DNA of 64,000 nucleotides from Octopus vulgaris (GCA_951406725.2 OX597828.1:16182001-16246000), one strand, 5' to 3'; shown: positions 1 to 12,798, counted from the first letter of the stretch. Translations and numbers: made by a program. Notes: generated from the letters alone by a model not told the origin.

Positions 1-906
1 TGAGACATGAGGGTTGCCTTCATAATAGTGAGACAAGAGAATTGCCTGCACCGGCCATCTTATTCGGATAAGTGTGTAATTCAAGTTCTTTGAATTCCGT
101 ATTCTTTCTAAAAAATAACAACCGACAGTTAAACTTAAGTCTTAGCTAATAACACCTGCGTTAAAAGAATACGAAGAATTGGCGTTATGTACTCCATTTT
201 TCTATAGAATTCTGATACCAAAACACCTATCCCAAGCAACATCAATACTTTTTTTCTCAATTTCTCACACACGAAAGATGAGTAGTGAAACTGCAGACTC
301 AGTACACCACAAGGCAAACGAACTTATTGAACTATCATATCGATTTTCACCCTCCCTCCGTTGACTAATTCTTGCCAGCACACACCATCACTAACTTCCA
401 AGTATTTCCGCTTATTACTCTCTTCCATATAACGTCATGCTCAGAAAAGGACTGACTTTGATTTATCTAGTAGCACTTATTTAACTCGTTCATTAACACT
501 TAGTTAATGATGATATTTCTTGTAAAATTAATGAAATATTTCAATTTAGACAATAGTCAATGATTAGCACTTAAAATCGATCATACGTGAGGCAGCAGAT
601 CAGACCATAATCTTTATACATGGAATGCCTTAATAATTAAGTAACAAGCGCCACTCGTTTGAGCGAGAGAGAGAGAAGCAGAGAGGAAGGTGAGTGGGAA
701 AGAGAGAGTGAGAGAGTGAAGAAGCGAGAGATAGAGAGAAACGGAGATAGGAAGAGAGCGTGGGAGGTACCATCAAGAGGCATTTTGATTATAAATGCAA
801 TAATGAGATACTATTTAACAAGATAAACTGGCTTGGTCAATTTTACTTTGTCGATCTCCTCCGTTTACTTGACTCGGAGTGAAAACAACTTTTGAAAACT
901 GAATTC

Positions 907-938
<32 letters not shown>

Positions 939-943
939 TGATG

Positions 944-1036
<93 letters not shown>

Positions 1037-1062
1037 GTAATAATAATAATAATAATAATAAT

Positions 1063-1612
1063 AGATGCAGTACCAGGCAGTGGCTCTCATGGCTTCTGAT
1101 CTTAACTGATTGGAAGTGTTAAGATGTACATTGTTTTGTCTTGGTATAAAAGATGGGCCACAGTAAATATTCTGCTCAATACCACAGATTTGCTTGTCAG
1201 TTGTTTGACCTTACCCAGTTGAGCATGTCCCTTAGTGGCTGACGATATGTGCATCTCTGATCACGAGCAGAAGTAGTGGGGGAGCATCATGGCCATGTGT
1301 TGAGGGGGATTCTTTGGGGTTTGAATAATTCACCTCTGGAAACATGGGTGGTTCTTTCAACATCCTTAAACAACCCTTATTCAGGGACCTTTTGAGCAGG
1401 ATGGGCTACTCAACCTGAAGGAAATTCTAACTGGGCCCCACCTGCAAGGTCATGTGCTGTTTATTTTGATATGAGATCACCATGTCGCGCACATATGGTT
1501 GTGATGCATGTGCCTGGTGTACCTTTATCAGACGGGTAGTCATGATGGGTATATTGGGCTTCGTATATTTTACCCCAGTGTCACTTTGATGGCATGAACT
1601 GCTCTCTCACTC
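1063..1612. mobile_element. ~550-bp non-coding interspersed repeat embedded in an (AAT)n tract; probable non-autonomous AAT-associated retroelement
   Basis: High-complexity block with sharp edges and (AAT)n on both sides; no ORF; adjacent to R4/Dong-like fragments. Repeat status is inferred, and only one copy is in the window. Confidence 0.45.
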
Positions 1613-1665
1613 AATAATAATAATGATAATAATAATAATAATAATAAATAATAATGATAATAATA

Positions 1666-1950
1666 GCCACTGCGTGACGAGATAGAAAGGTTATGGGGGC
1701 ATGGGAAAAGTAATGGGGATACCAGTGGTAATTGGAGCATTAGGAGCAGTTTCCAAGAGTTTTGAAAAACATACTAAGAATATTGGAGCTGCTGTCAGGC
1801 TCGAAGTGATCCAGAAGATAGCATTGTTGGGTACAGCTCGCATTCTAAGGAGTCACAGGGGAAGGCACTACTTGAAACCGTTGGTTGTTTGTTATTGACT
1901 GCTTTCAAGTAAAGAACAACCGGTAATTAAGAACTATCCGAGAGTTTTTA
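1666..1950 (+). mobile_element. 5'-truncated R4/Dong-clade non-LTR retrotransposon 3' end (C-terminus of the restriction-like endonuclease region plus 3' UTR)
   Basis: Translates PLRDEIERLW/GMGKVMGIPVVIGALGAVSKSFEKHTKNIGAAVRLEVIQKIALLGTARILR. The IPVVIGALG and QKxALLGTARILR motifs are typical of R4-like C-termini. Flanked by (AAT)n. Confidence 0.8.
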
Positions 1951-1955
1951 TAATG

Positions 1956-2022
<67 letters not shown>

Positions 2023-2657
2023 TTTCATTCAATTGCTGCAAAGGCGAAGGCTGAGGGGGACAATACAGAGAGAGACATAAGGTGTTGGGGTTTACATATA
2101 GTAATGAAATGATAATGTATACACGGTATACACTGGAAAAGAAGGGACATATGTATAGCATACAAAGGAAGAAAAAAAGAAGGGTGGGATGATAGAAATG
2201 TGGCTCTCCTGATACATGAACGTCTCTAGGGATAATTGAGGCACCTCTCCGTCCTTGAAACCCTTTGAGCAAATGCCCTCTTCAATTCCTTCTCTGCGAC
2301 TCACAGGTCTACACTTAGAGCGGTACTATCCACTCTTGCCATTTTTGCAACTTTCACCCACCTTCTAATAAACTCAGTCGAGGATAGCACTTCTCTCTCC
2401 ATTCTCAATTTCCTTTTCAAGTGAAACGTGAAAGAGTTAGCGAGAGCTATACCAAAGTGGAATGCATCATGCCTTGCAGCCTTGTCCACCAAAAGGCCTC
2501 TTTCGCCACAGCCACCAGGGTAAGGAAAACTGCCTTGCCAGCCCGACTGAAGTGGGGCGGCGGTGCAATCATCACTACAAACACAGTTGACAGATGGATC
2601 CGTCCCACACGGGAGGCGGCTTCTCAACATAACCCCACAACTCAGCAATGCCCGGAC

Positions 2658-3069
2658 GCGAAATTTTTTCCCACGAAAGTTCCGGACCCCAGTAATTAAC
2701 ATATTTGCATCCAGCCAATCAGAGCTCAGTGGAGGCGCGTGATTTAGTGGTTAGGGTGTCAGCATCATGATCGTGAGATTGTGATTTCGATTCATGGACC
2801 GGACGACGCGTTGTGTTCTTGAGCAAAACACTTCATTTCATGTTGTTCCAGTCCACTCATCTAGCAAAAATGAGTAACGCTGCGATGGACAGGCGTCCCG
2901 TCCAGCCATTGAAACCGAGAAACCGGGCCCATGAGTGTGGTTAGGTTTTAAAAGGGTGCATATATTTTTATTAATCAGAGCTCACCTTGACTTTGTTGTG
3001 CACAAACAACTACGCAGAGGCAGCCATGCCGGTAACGAAGGATTAGATCCGTTCAGCTCACAGATTATG

Positions 3070-3107
<38 letters not shown>

Positions 3108-3642
3108 TATATATATAAAAGTATATATATATAAGTATATATATATATATATATACATACAATACATATATATGTATATATATGTATATAAAAGTATATA
3201 TATATGTATGCATCTATATATATATTTATGTATGTACAAAATCATAAAAACCATAATATATTATACAAATAATAGGTAATAATGAGGTGGTATATAATGA
3301 TAGATTTGCATCTATACCTATTATTGGATTTTGTTAGGGCCCCATATGGTAAAGATGTGGGTGGGGGGAAATGTGTGAGCAACCTTCTCCCCTTACAGTT
3401 TTACAAAGTAAACAACAACACAAATAACTGTACAGAGGCAGCCATTGTTGAAACAAGAACAAGAACAACAAGCATTCTTAAACGACAAAAGAAGCATGGT
3501 CATTCCTTACCCAAGTGACCTTATCTTATTGCCCATCATTCGTTATGCGCTCATAAATTAGTTTGATAGCTGAGCTCTGATTGGCTGTATGCAAATGAGT
3601 TCATAACTATTGTCCGGAACTCTCGTGGGAAACAAATTTCGC
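2658..3642. mobile_element. Non-autonomous DNA transposon with ~70-bp imperfect terminal inverted repeats (GCGAAATT...)
   Basis: 2658-2728 and ~3571-3642 are reverse complements. Flanking direct repeat cggac/cggat (2653-2657, 3643-3647). Removing the element restores the LINE reading frame. Confidence 0.75.
2729..2972 (+). mobile_element. tRNA-derived SINE (family C-related) with 12-bp TSD
   Basis: Head GTGGAGGCGCGTGATTTAGTGGTTAGG (A box) and TTTCGATTC (B-box-like); TSD aatcagagctca at 2717-2728 and 2973-2984. Confidence 0.85.
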
Positions 3643-4031
3643 CGGATACTGAACGAGGGCGTGCAGAACGGTTTCGTCACTCTGCGCGGTTCATGGACAA
3701 GCCCGTCCGACAGCACGTCCATGCCTATAGAGTTTATCTCGAACCGGTAGCGCTTCCGCCCTTCCCGGTAGCACTGCGATGCCAAGGACATTTGGAAATT
3801 ATCCATGATAGCTCTCTGGAACAGACTAGCCAGTTCGTTCTCATCGGCACCCACGCTTACCTCGGGAACATCGTCGCTCTTCCACGCCACCAATTCTCTA
3901 TAAATTTCTAAAGCGGAACATTCAACGATCCCGACTGGGAGAGGGTTGTGAGCACCCGACGATATTATAGGTACCAGGTGCCCAGTCTCGCCCTTAATAA
4001 TAATAATAACAACAACAACAACAACAACAAT

Positions 4032-4066
<35 letters not shown>

Positions 4067-4076
4067 CCACAACAAC

Positions 4077-4105
<29 letters not shown>

Positions 4106-4107
<2 letters not shown>

Positions 4108-4388
4108 CGAGAGGGTAATATAAATCAGTGGTGATCGGGGCGTTGGGCTCAATCCCATTGAAACCTCAAGACTCTTTAAGGCAACTTGAAATCCCATAAT
4201 CCCATTGAAACCTCAAGACTCTTTAAGGCAACTTGAAATCCCATGCAAGATTGATGTCTTGCAAACAGCAGCCTTATTGGGCACAGCACACATCTTAAGG
4301 AAAGTATTATCTGTCTGAGGTCCTTCTTGTGACTTGACAGATTACTAAAGACTCCGGTGCATTTTTACCTACACTGTGTTACGAAGGA
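4106..4388 (+). mobile_element. R4/Dong-like retrotransposon 3' fragment with an internal ~47-bp tandem duplication
   Basis: Translates SVVIGALGSIPLKPQDSLRQLEIP[dup]CKIDVLQTAALLGTAHILRKVLSV*; starts right after (AAT)n. Confidence 0.75.
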
Positions 4389-4466
4389 ATGGTGACGATG
4401 ATGATGATAATGATGATGATAATGATGATGATGATGATGATGATAATGATGATGATGATGATGATG

Positions 4467-4519
<53 letters not shown>

Positions 4520-4621
4520 TATCCTTTCCACTATAGGCACAAGGCCTGAAATATCGGGGTGGAGGATAGTCGCTTACATCGACCCCGTGCTCAACAGGTA
4601 CTTATTACATTGACCCCTATA

Positions 4622-4663
<42 letters not shown>

Positions 4664-4697
4664 TATACAATGTATATGTAAACATAGATATATGTAT

Positions 4698-4729
<32 letters not shown>

Positions 4730-4986
4730 GACATCAGTAGTTCATATAACCGAAACAGAAGCAGGCTCTTATACGTTAGAGCAGTATATTTTTTTTAGGA
4801 AGTTAATTGTTATGGCTGGTTACAGGTGCGAAAGCAATTGCCACTCTATAAAGCGCTTAGAAGTGCAGGCGACTCGTCACAGAGGACGAGTCGCCTGCAC
4901 TGCTAAGCGCTGTATAGGTGCGAAACCCATGGTCACCTATGACCGGCCATGACAATTAGCTTCATATATATACATATATATATATA

Positions 4987-5017
<31 letters not shown>

Positions 5018-5102
5018 CTGTGTGTGTGTGAATGCTTACGCACAAAACTCTCGGCCCTTCAGGCACTCTTGTTTCTACCAAAAAATGTTAACACACACAC
5101 AT

Positions 5103-5167
<65 letters not shown>

Positions 5168-5276
5168 CACACACAAAGCTGTTGTTGGAAGCAAAGTAAA
5201 TTAAAAAGTTTTGTTTATTGGTTACAGTTATTTCAACCGGATATTTTCCATTTTGATTCAATACCTTCCTTTCAAT

Positions 5277-5343
<67 letters not shown>

Positions 5344-5617
5344 CAAAGATTTCATTGACTTTTCTGGGGCCCTGTGCATAATGCCCAAAATGATTGGGAT
5401 GAAGAACGAAAAGAAAACAATGAAAAAAAAACAGCTTTCATTTTCTTTCCCTTCGATTTTTATTTTCTTTCTGTTTTCAGTTTTTTTTATTTATTTCTCT
5501 CTCCTATAGTTTGCAGTCTTTTACCTACATTACTTTTTCTTTGGAAAAACAAAACGAAACGAACGAAACAAAAACAAAACGAAACGAAACACAAACTTAC
5601 AAAAGACTATATATCTA

Positions 5618-5668
<51 letters not shown>

Positions 5669-6256
5669 GTAAAGAAAAAATAATAAATTGTCTCAGTTTA
5701 CCAATAATTGGATGATTACTTAATTGATTTTGTCTATTATGTCTAACACTTGCTTTATCGATTCGATTTCAGTAGCAAATCATTACTCAGTTCAGCTGAA
5801 TTAGATATAAAAGCGTCGTCATTCGCTAGAGTGTAGCCACCACAAAGAACTCTCTCCTACTGTTGTTCAATGTTATTGTTGTTATTATTATCGTTGTTGT
5901 TATTGTTAAAGTTACAGTTATTGTTGTTGCTGCTGTTACAGTTATTGTTGTTGTTTTTGTCCAGCACAATGGCGACCAAACAACAATGGAGACAGAGAGT
6001 CGTTAAAAGCTAGAAAACGGCCGGAGCGTTGTTAATGTTTTTCTTGTTGTAGTTGACGTTTTTGTCGTCGTCGTTGTTGTTGTTGTTGTTGTTAATGTTC
6101 TTTTGTTTTGATGTTTATTTATTTATTTATCTTTTGTTGTTTGTATCTTTTCTTTCTTTTCGGGTTTTTGAGTGTGCTTACCTTGATGGTCGGCTTCATT
6201 GAAGAACGATACATTCATGTACGTATGTATGCACGTATGGATGTAAGTATAATATG

Positions 6257-6289
<33 letters not shown>

Positions 6290-6439
6290 TTATGTATATA
6301 TAAATGTATGTATATACAAATATATATGATGCATATATACATTCAAACGTTATCTATCTATCAATACATACATATTCATTTTAATGGTAAATTAATATAT
6401 ATTTACACACACATATACAAACATATACTCGCATATTTA

Positions 6440-6500
<61 letters not shown>

Positions 6501-6533
6501 TTATATGCATATATCTATTGATTGATTGATTGA

Positions 6534-6580
6534 TTCTAGTTTCAGCTCACGAGCTGTGGCCATGCTGGGGCACCGCCATT
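6534..6580 (-). mobile_element. Very short LINE/SINE 3'-tail fragment in TA-rich DNA
   Basis: Reverse complement aatggcggtgccccagcatggccacagctc..agctgaaact matches 44989-45030 and resembles the tail of SINE family A. Confidence 0.6.
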
Positions 6581-6855
6581 TATATATTTAGTTGAAAAAA
6601 TTTACAGATTTTCGCTCTTACGAAATATATATAACATAAGGGACTAAAGCCATCTGAATATGGCTAGGGACAGGGCAGGGTGGTGGGGGTGTTACTGTTG
6701 CATTTAGCCCCAGGCGAACATCGACGTCACCAGAAAGGCTCGACACCGTCACGGTGTGTGTGTGTGTGTGTGTGTCTGTGTGTGTGTGAATGCTTACCCT
6801 GGGCATATATATATATGCCCTTACCCTGGGCATATATATATATATATATATATTT

Positions 6856-7179
6856 AAAGACTCCGCCGGTTACGACGACGAGGGTCCCAGCTGATACGAT
6901 CAACGGAACAGCTTGCTCGTGAAATTAACGTGCAAATGGCTGAGCATTCCACAGACACGTGTACCCTTAACGTAGTTCTCGGGGATAATCAGCGTGACAC
7001 AGAGAGTGACAAGGCTGACCCTTTGAAATACAAGTACAACTCATTTTTGCCAGCTGAGTGGACTGGAGCAACGTGAAATAAAGTGTCTTGCTCAAGGACA
7101 CAACGCGTCACCGGGAATCGAACTCACAACCTTACGATCATGAGCCGAATGCCCTAACCACTAAGCCACGCGCCCTCAC
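6856..7179 (-). mobile_element. tRNA-derived SINE, family C (full length)
   Basis: Minus-strand head GAGGGCGCGTGGCTTAGTGGTTAGGG (A box) and GAGTTCGATTCCC (B box); homologous copies at 21128-21437, 55793-55926 and 56440-56688. Confidence 0.85.
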
Positions 7180-7473
7180 TATATATATATATATATATAC
7201 ACACATGCATAAAAGTTGGAGAAAGGAAGAATTGACGAAAACTGGGTGAATATATACATACACGCACACACACACTCGCATATACGCCATGATAGATTGC
7301 TAGCCACTACGCATTCTTTATTTTCTCTCCTTGTTTCTTTCCTTGTTCCTTTCTGTGGAAGAGCATAGGTTCGAAACGTTAAAAACTTTTTCACTTCCCG
7401 TGCGTTAAACTAATACATCCGTTGTTGTCTACACCACCTGTCTTTGTCTTTTGTATCTTTTATGAATTCTTCC

Positions 7474-7508
<35 letters not shown>

Positions 7509-7530
7509 AAACTCGCCAAGAAGGTTTTGA

Positions 7531-7591
7531 AACCACCTGAAGAATGTCTCAAAGATGTGCTGAAATAAGACATGAAACGATCGTAGTGGTT
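7531..7591 (+). ncRNA. Minimal type I hammerhead ribozyme motif (Penelope-like element type)
   Basis: aaccac-CTGAAGA-atgtct(loop)agacat-GAAA-cgatcg-TA-gtggtt: complete catalytic core, 6-bp stem I, 6-bp stem II, palindromic stem III, GUA cleavage triplet ending at 7585. Confidence 0.8.
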
Positions 7592-7689
7592 ATTTATAAT
7601 TGTTAAATTTCTAAATTTATATAAATTAATTTATGTATTGGCTTAAGTCTTTCTTTGTTTGATTTGCATAATAGTGGTTTTGTCTCTAA

Positions 7690-7761
<72 letters not shown>

Positions 7762-8443
7762 GTATGTATATATTTGTATATGTATATACATACATATATA
7801 TATATATATATGGTTATATATATGCATATATGCATACTCGCTCACGCTCATACTCACATATACGAGTGTGCGTGTATATCTATATATACATGTGTATATG
7901 CATATGTGTATATCTGCTTACTCAGTAGTAACATGAACCTAATTTGAGACTACGAAACTACGGGAAAGACGTTCTAAATTCTCTCCCCTTGTTCTCCCTC
8001 TGTCTCCCTCTCACTGCCTCTCCTTTTCTCTCTCACTCAAAGTCCCTCTCCCTCACCCCACCCACTCTTTTTTGCGTCTCTGCTCTCTCTTTTTTACGTC
8101 TTCTGTGTCTCCCACTCATCAGTATTATCTCACTTTGTCTGTCTAGCTCTCTGGTTTTCTGTAGTCTCCATGACTCTCTCTGTCTCTGCATCAATTAGCT
8201 TCTATTTGCTCGAGTCTCCGAGTCCCTGAGTCTCTTTCTCTTTTTCTCTTTTCTTTTCAATCTCTTCTTCCTCGTCACCCACACTCTCGTCTGTTTGTCA
8301 CTTCTTTCTTTTCTCTCTGTCTGCTGAGTGCCCACTAAGTGAAGTGTTCACCTAAGTAATTACATCTAACACACACACACACGCACACACACACACACAC
8401 AGACACACACACAAATATATCTGTCTCTCTCTTTGGCTATCTG

Positions 8444-8546
<103 letters not shown>

Positions 8547-8735
8547 ATCTATCTATTTACCTACCTATCTATCTATCTATCTTTTTTTCTTTTTTTCTTT
8601 TTTTGTTCTTTTTTCCCTTTTACGATTCCTTTTGATCGAAAACCTACGCCACCTTTTTTTTTCTCCACCAAAAGAAAAGCTCTACCTTGTAACTTGTCCC
8701 ATCTGCGTGCAGCCCTGTGTGGCCAATAAAGAAAC

Positions 8736-8818
<83 letters not shown>

Positions 8819-9329
8819 CACATACGCATCTATTCATCTGAATCGCGCAGCCACTGAGTGTTGTTGGTACTGAGTGCAAACAGCTGTGAGTGTAGGCTAA
8901 GAGTGTGAGCTGAGACACGAGACCGGCTCAAGTACAAAGACACATCTCCCCGTCTGTGTATCTCCCCCCTCCTCTCTCTCTCATTCTCTCCCTCTCTTAA
9001 ATTGCAAAATTTCTCCTTTATTCTCTTTTTTTTTTCCTTTTTTTTTTCACTCTTCTTGTTTTGTTTTTGTCTATTTACTCATATTTGAATGTTGTGACGT
9101 CAAGTGATCGAATCGATGATTCCATTATCGCCAAAACTATTGATCTATCGAACATCTCTTTCTTTGAAGCGTGTACTTACGTTAATCAATCGTATTTGAG
9201 AGGAAGGGTCAGTTGTGTTATTGCGAGGCAAACGACCAGTTTCTTCTTTATTGTGTTCGATCTCTGCTGATTGGCAGGACACACAGTCATTTCATGACAA
9301 CAAAAATACAATTGGCATAACGAGATTGA

Positions 9330-10126
9330 TACTGGTCGTTGTTGTTGTTGCTGTTGTTGTTGTGGCGGTACAGCTACAGCTGATGTTGATGGTGATGGTG
9401 GTGATGATAATGGTGGTGGTGGCGATGAGGATGATGATGATGATGATCATCATCATCATCATCATCTTCATATTCACGAAAATAGAGTCGGTGGTGAGGT
9501 GATAATAACGATCATGATGACGCCGACTACGACGATGATGATGATGATCGTGGTGGTGGCGATGATAGTAATGATGATGATGATGATGATGATGATGATC
9601 CTAATGATAATGGTTATAAAGATGATGATAATGATGTTGATAGTGATAGTGGTTGTGGTGGTGGTGGTGGTGGTGGGTTGTGTTTGTTGATGTTAAGATG
9701 GCGGCGTTGATGGTGGGGATGGTGATGCTGCAGCTGTTGCTACTGCCGCTGCTGCTGCTGCTGCTATTGCTGTTGCTGCTGCTACTGCCGCTGCAGCTGC
9801 TGCTGCTGCTGCTGGTGATGGTGATGAATATGCTGAGGGAGCTGCTGCTTTTGCTGCTGCTGCTGCTTCTGTGAAGATAGTGGTGGTGGTTGTGGTGTTG
9901 GTGTTCATAAAGATGACCATAACAATGCTGCTGCTGATGGTGATGGTGATGGTGATGATGGAAGCGATGACGCTGCTACTGTTGCTGCTGTTGCTGCTGC
10001 CGCTGCTGGTGGTGATATTGCTGCGGATGATGTCGATGGTAGTGATGCTGTTGCTGATGTTGTTACTAATATCACTACTGCTCATGTCACGGTTGCTGGT
10101 GGTGGTGGTAGTGCTGCTGCTACTAT

Positions 10127-10220
<94 letters not shown>

Positions 10221-10258
10221 ACTACTACTACTACTACTACTACGGCTGCTGCTGGTGG

Positions 10259-10293
<35 letters not shown>

Positions 10294-10562
10294 TTGCTGC
10301 TGCTGCTACTACTACTACTACTACTGCTGCTGCTGCTACTACTGCTGCTGCTGCTACTACTACTACTACTACTACTACCTGCAGCTGTTGCTGCTGCTGC
10401 TTTCGCTATAACTATTACTGTTGCTTCCACTCATCTTCCCCTCCTGCTGCTGCTGATGTTGGTGCTGCAGTTCCTGCTGCTGCTGCTGCTTGCGCTCCTA
10501 CTATTACAATCGCTGCTGCTTCTACAACGAATGTTATCAAGATTGCTACTACTACCACCACT

Positions 10563-10630
<68 letters not shown>

Positions 10631-10637
10631 CACTACA

Positions 10638-10708
<71 letters not shown>

Positions 10709-11777
10709 CACTACTACTACTGTTGCTGCTGTTACTACAACCGCTGTGTCTGTACGCTGTCATAGAAGAAACAGTAAAGCCAAAATGAAGGAAGTGAAAA
10801 CAGGTAAAGATGGGAATGGGTGGTGTGGGGGCGGCTTTGGCTTAGAATAGTTAGTAAGCGATTGTGATGATGATGATGATGGGTGATGGTGATGATGGGT
10901 GATGGTGATGATGATGATGATGTTGAGGATGTTGATCATAATGATGAAGATGATGGTGATGATGATGACAACGATGATGACGATGATGATGACGATGATG
11001 ATGATGATGGTGATGTTGAATATGATGGTGATAATGATGGTAATGATGATAGTGATGATGATGGTGATGATGAAGTTGATGACGATGAGGATGATGACGA
11101 TGATTACGATGATGATGATGATGATGATGATGGTGATAATGACGGTGATGATGATGATGATGGTGATGATGGTGATGATGATGATGCTGCTGATATTGAT
11201 GATGGTGGTGATGATGATGACAACGATGATGACGATGATGATGACGATGATGATGATGATGGCGATGTTGAATATGATAGTGATAATGATGGTAATGATG
11301 ATGGTGTTGATGATGATGGTGATGATGGTGATGATAGTTTTAGTCGTCGAATTGTTGTCCTTTAGCCGCAAACTGAGCCCCGATCGAACATGTAGTCGTA
11401 TTGTGGAGGGCATTCTTGCCATGACCACCCTGTCTTTCCAATGCTATGTAGGACTATATTGGCTTATGCACATTGTTCTTATTTACAACGCCAAGTTAAG
11501 ATTTCAAAGAAATTTAGCTGGTATTTCCCGCAAGTTGAATGACCACCACCCACAGGCTACCTTGTTGGCGTTGTTGGTGATAGAGACATTAGTGGTGGTG
11601 ATGTTGATGATGATGATGATGATGATGATGATTATGATGATGATGATGATGAAACCGATGATACCAACAATGATGCTGACGATGATAATGATGATAAGTT
11701 GATGAGGGTAATGATGATGATGATGATGCTGATGATGATGATGGTGATGATGATGGTGATGATGATGGTTGATGATT

Positions 11778-11808
<31 letters not shown>

Positions 11809-12350
11809 CGATGATGGTCATGATGATGATGATGATGATGATGACGATGATGGTCATGATGATGATGATGACGATGATGGTCATGATGATGATGAAGATG
11901 ATGATGATGATGATGATGACGATGAGGATTGGAGGTGGTGGAAGTATTGTCATTGTTATTGTTGATGGTGTGGGCGGTGGCGTTTGTTGGTCTTGGTTTT
12001 ACCGTCGGTGGTGATGGAGATGATGCTGACGATTGCAATGGTGTAAAAGTAACTGAAAAGCTGTAGCGACGAGGACAGCGGCATATGATGACGCTGATGA
12101 CGCTGACGACGACGACGACGACGAAAATGATAAGTACAAAAATGCAGAAAGAATCAACAGAAAAGTTTGAAAAAACAAAAAAAAAAATATAAAAAAACGC
12201 AACAAACCAAAACAAAACGAAACAAACAACAAACGAAAGAAAATATAAACAATAAACAAAACAACAACAACAAACAGCTATGACGAAAACGACAACGATG
12301 ACGGTGACAATAGAGCTAACAAACAACAACAACAGCAACAACAATAACAG
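9330..12350. repeat. 3-kb mosaic of trinucleotide repeats (GAT/GGT/GCT/TAC) with short unique spacers
   Basis: Directly visible. Includes an internal ~250-bp-period duplication (about 10950-11070 and 11200-11330) and an old SINE-like insert at about 11350-11570. Confidence 0.9.
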
Positions 12351-12435
12351 CAACATTCGCAGCAGATAAAGAGGTAAAGCACAAACGAAACAAACGAAAA
12401 GAAATAATAAAAAAAAAGAAAAACTTAGGCAAGAT

Positions 12436-12485
<50 letters not shown>

Positions 12486-12589
12486 ACTACTACTTTCTAC
12501 CAAATGCAGTGAAAAGTAATCCTACATTGCTGCAAGCTACGACCATCTTGTTTTATGTTGTTTCATTCATAAATACATACATACATACA

Positions 12590-12644
<55 letters not shown>

Positions 12645-12798
12645 GTGTGAGTGTGTGTGTGTGTGTGTGTGTGAATGTTATGTTTGTTTTTGCTTTTATA
12701 TTTCCGGTTTATCACAGTTGGAAACAGCGTTAATGAAAAAAAAAACGAGCAAAATATAGTTAAATAAAGACGTACATATGTGTGTGTATACATATATG

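Larger units (their letters stand above)
2022..3994 (-). mobile_element. L1/Tx1-like LINE 3' portion (zf-RVT region, C-terminus, 3' UTR), decayed and split by a TIR element at 2658-3642
   Basis: Minus strand reads ALEIYRELV...ELASLFQR..MDNFQMSLASQCYR / ALPVRDKLYRHG..ACP*..QSDETVLHALVQ(Y)P up to ~3643. It resumes PGIAELWGYVEK...FHLKRKLRMEREVLSSTEFIRRWVKVAKMARV below 2657, followed by a 3' UTR ending in (ATT)n. Confidence 0.8.

Noticed and set aside
9693-12014. Long poly-Leu, poly-Ser, poly-Asp and poly-Met ORFs (up to 305 aa)
   Set aside because: Stop-free frames arise automatically from GAT/GCT/TAC repeats on both strands; no domain or codon structure.
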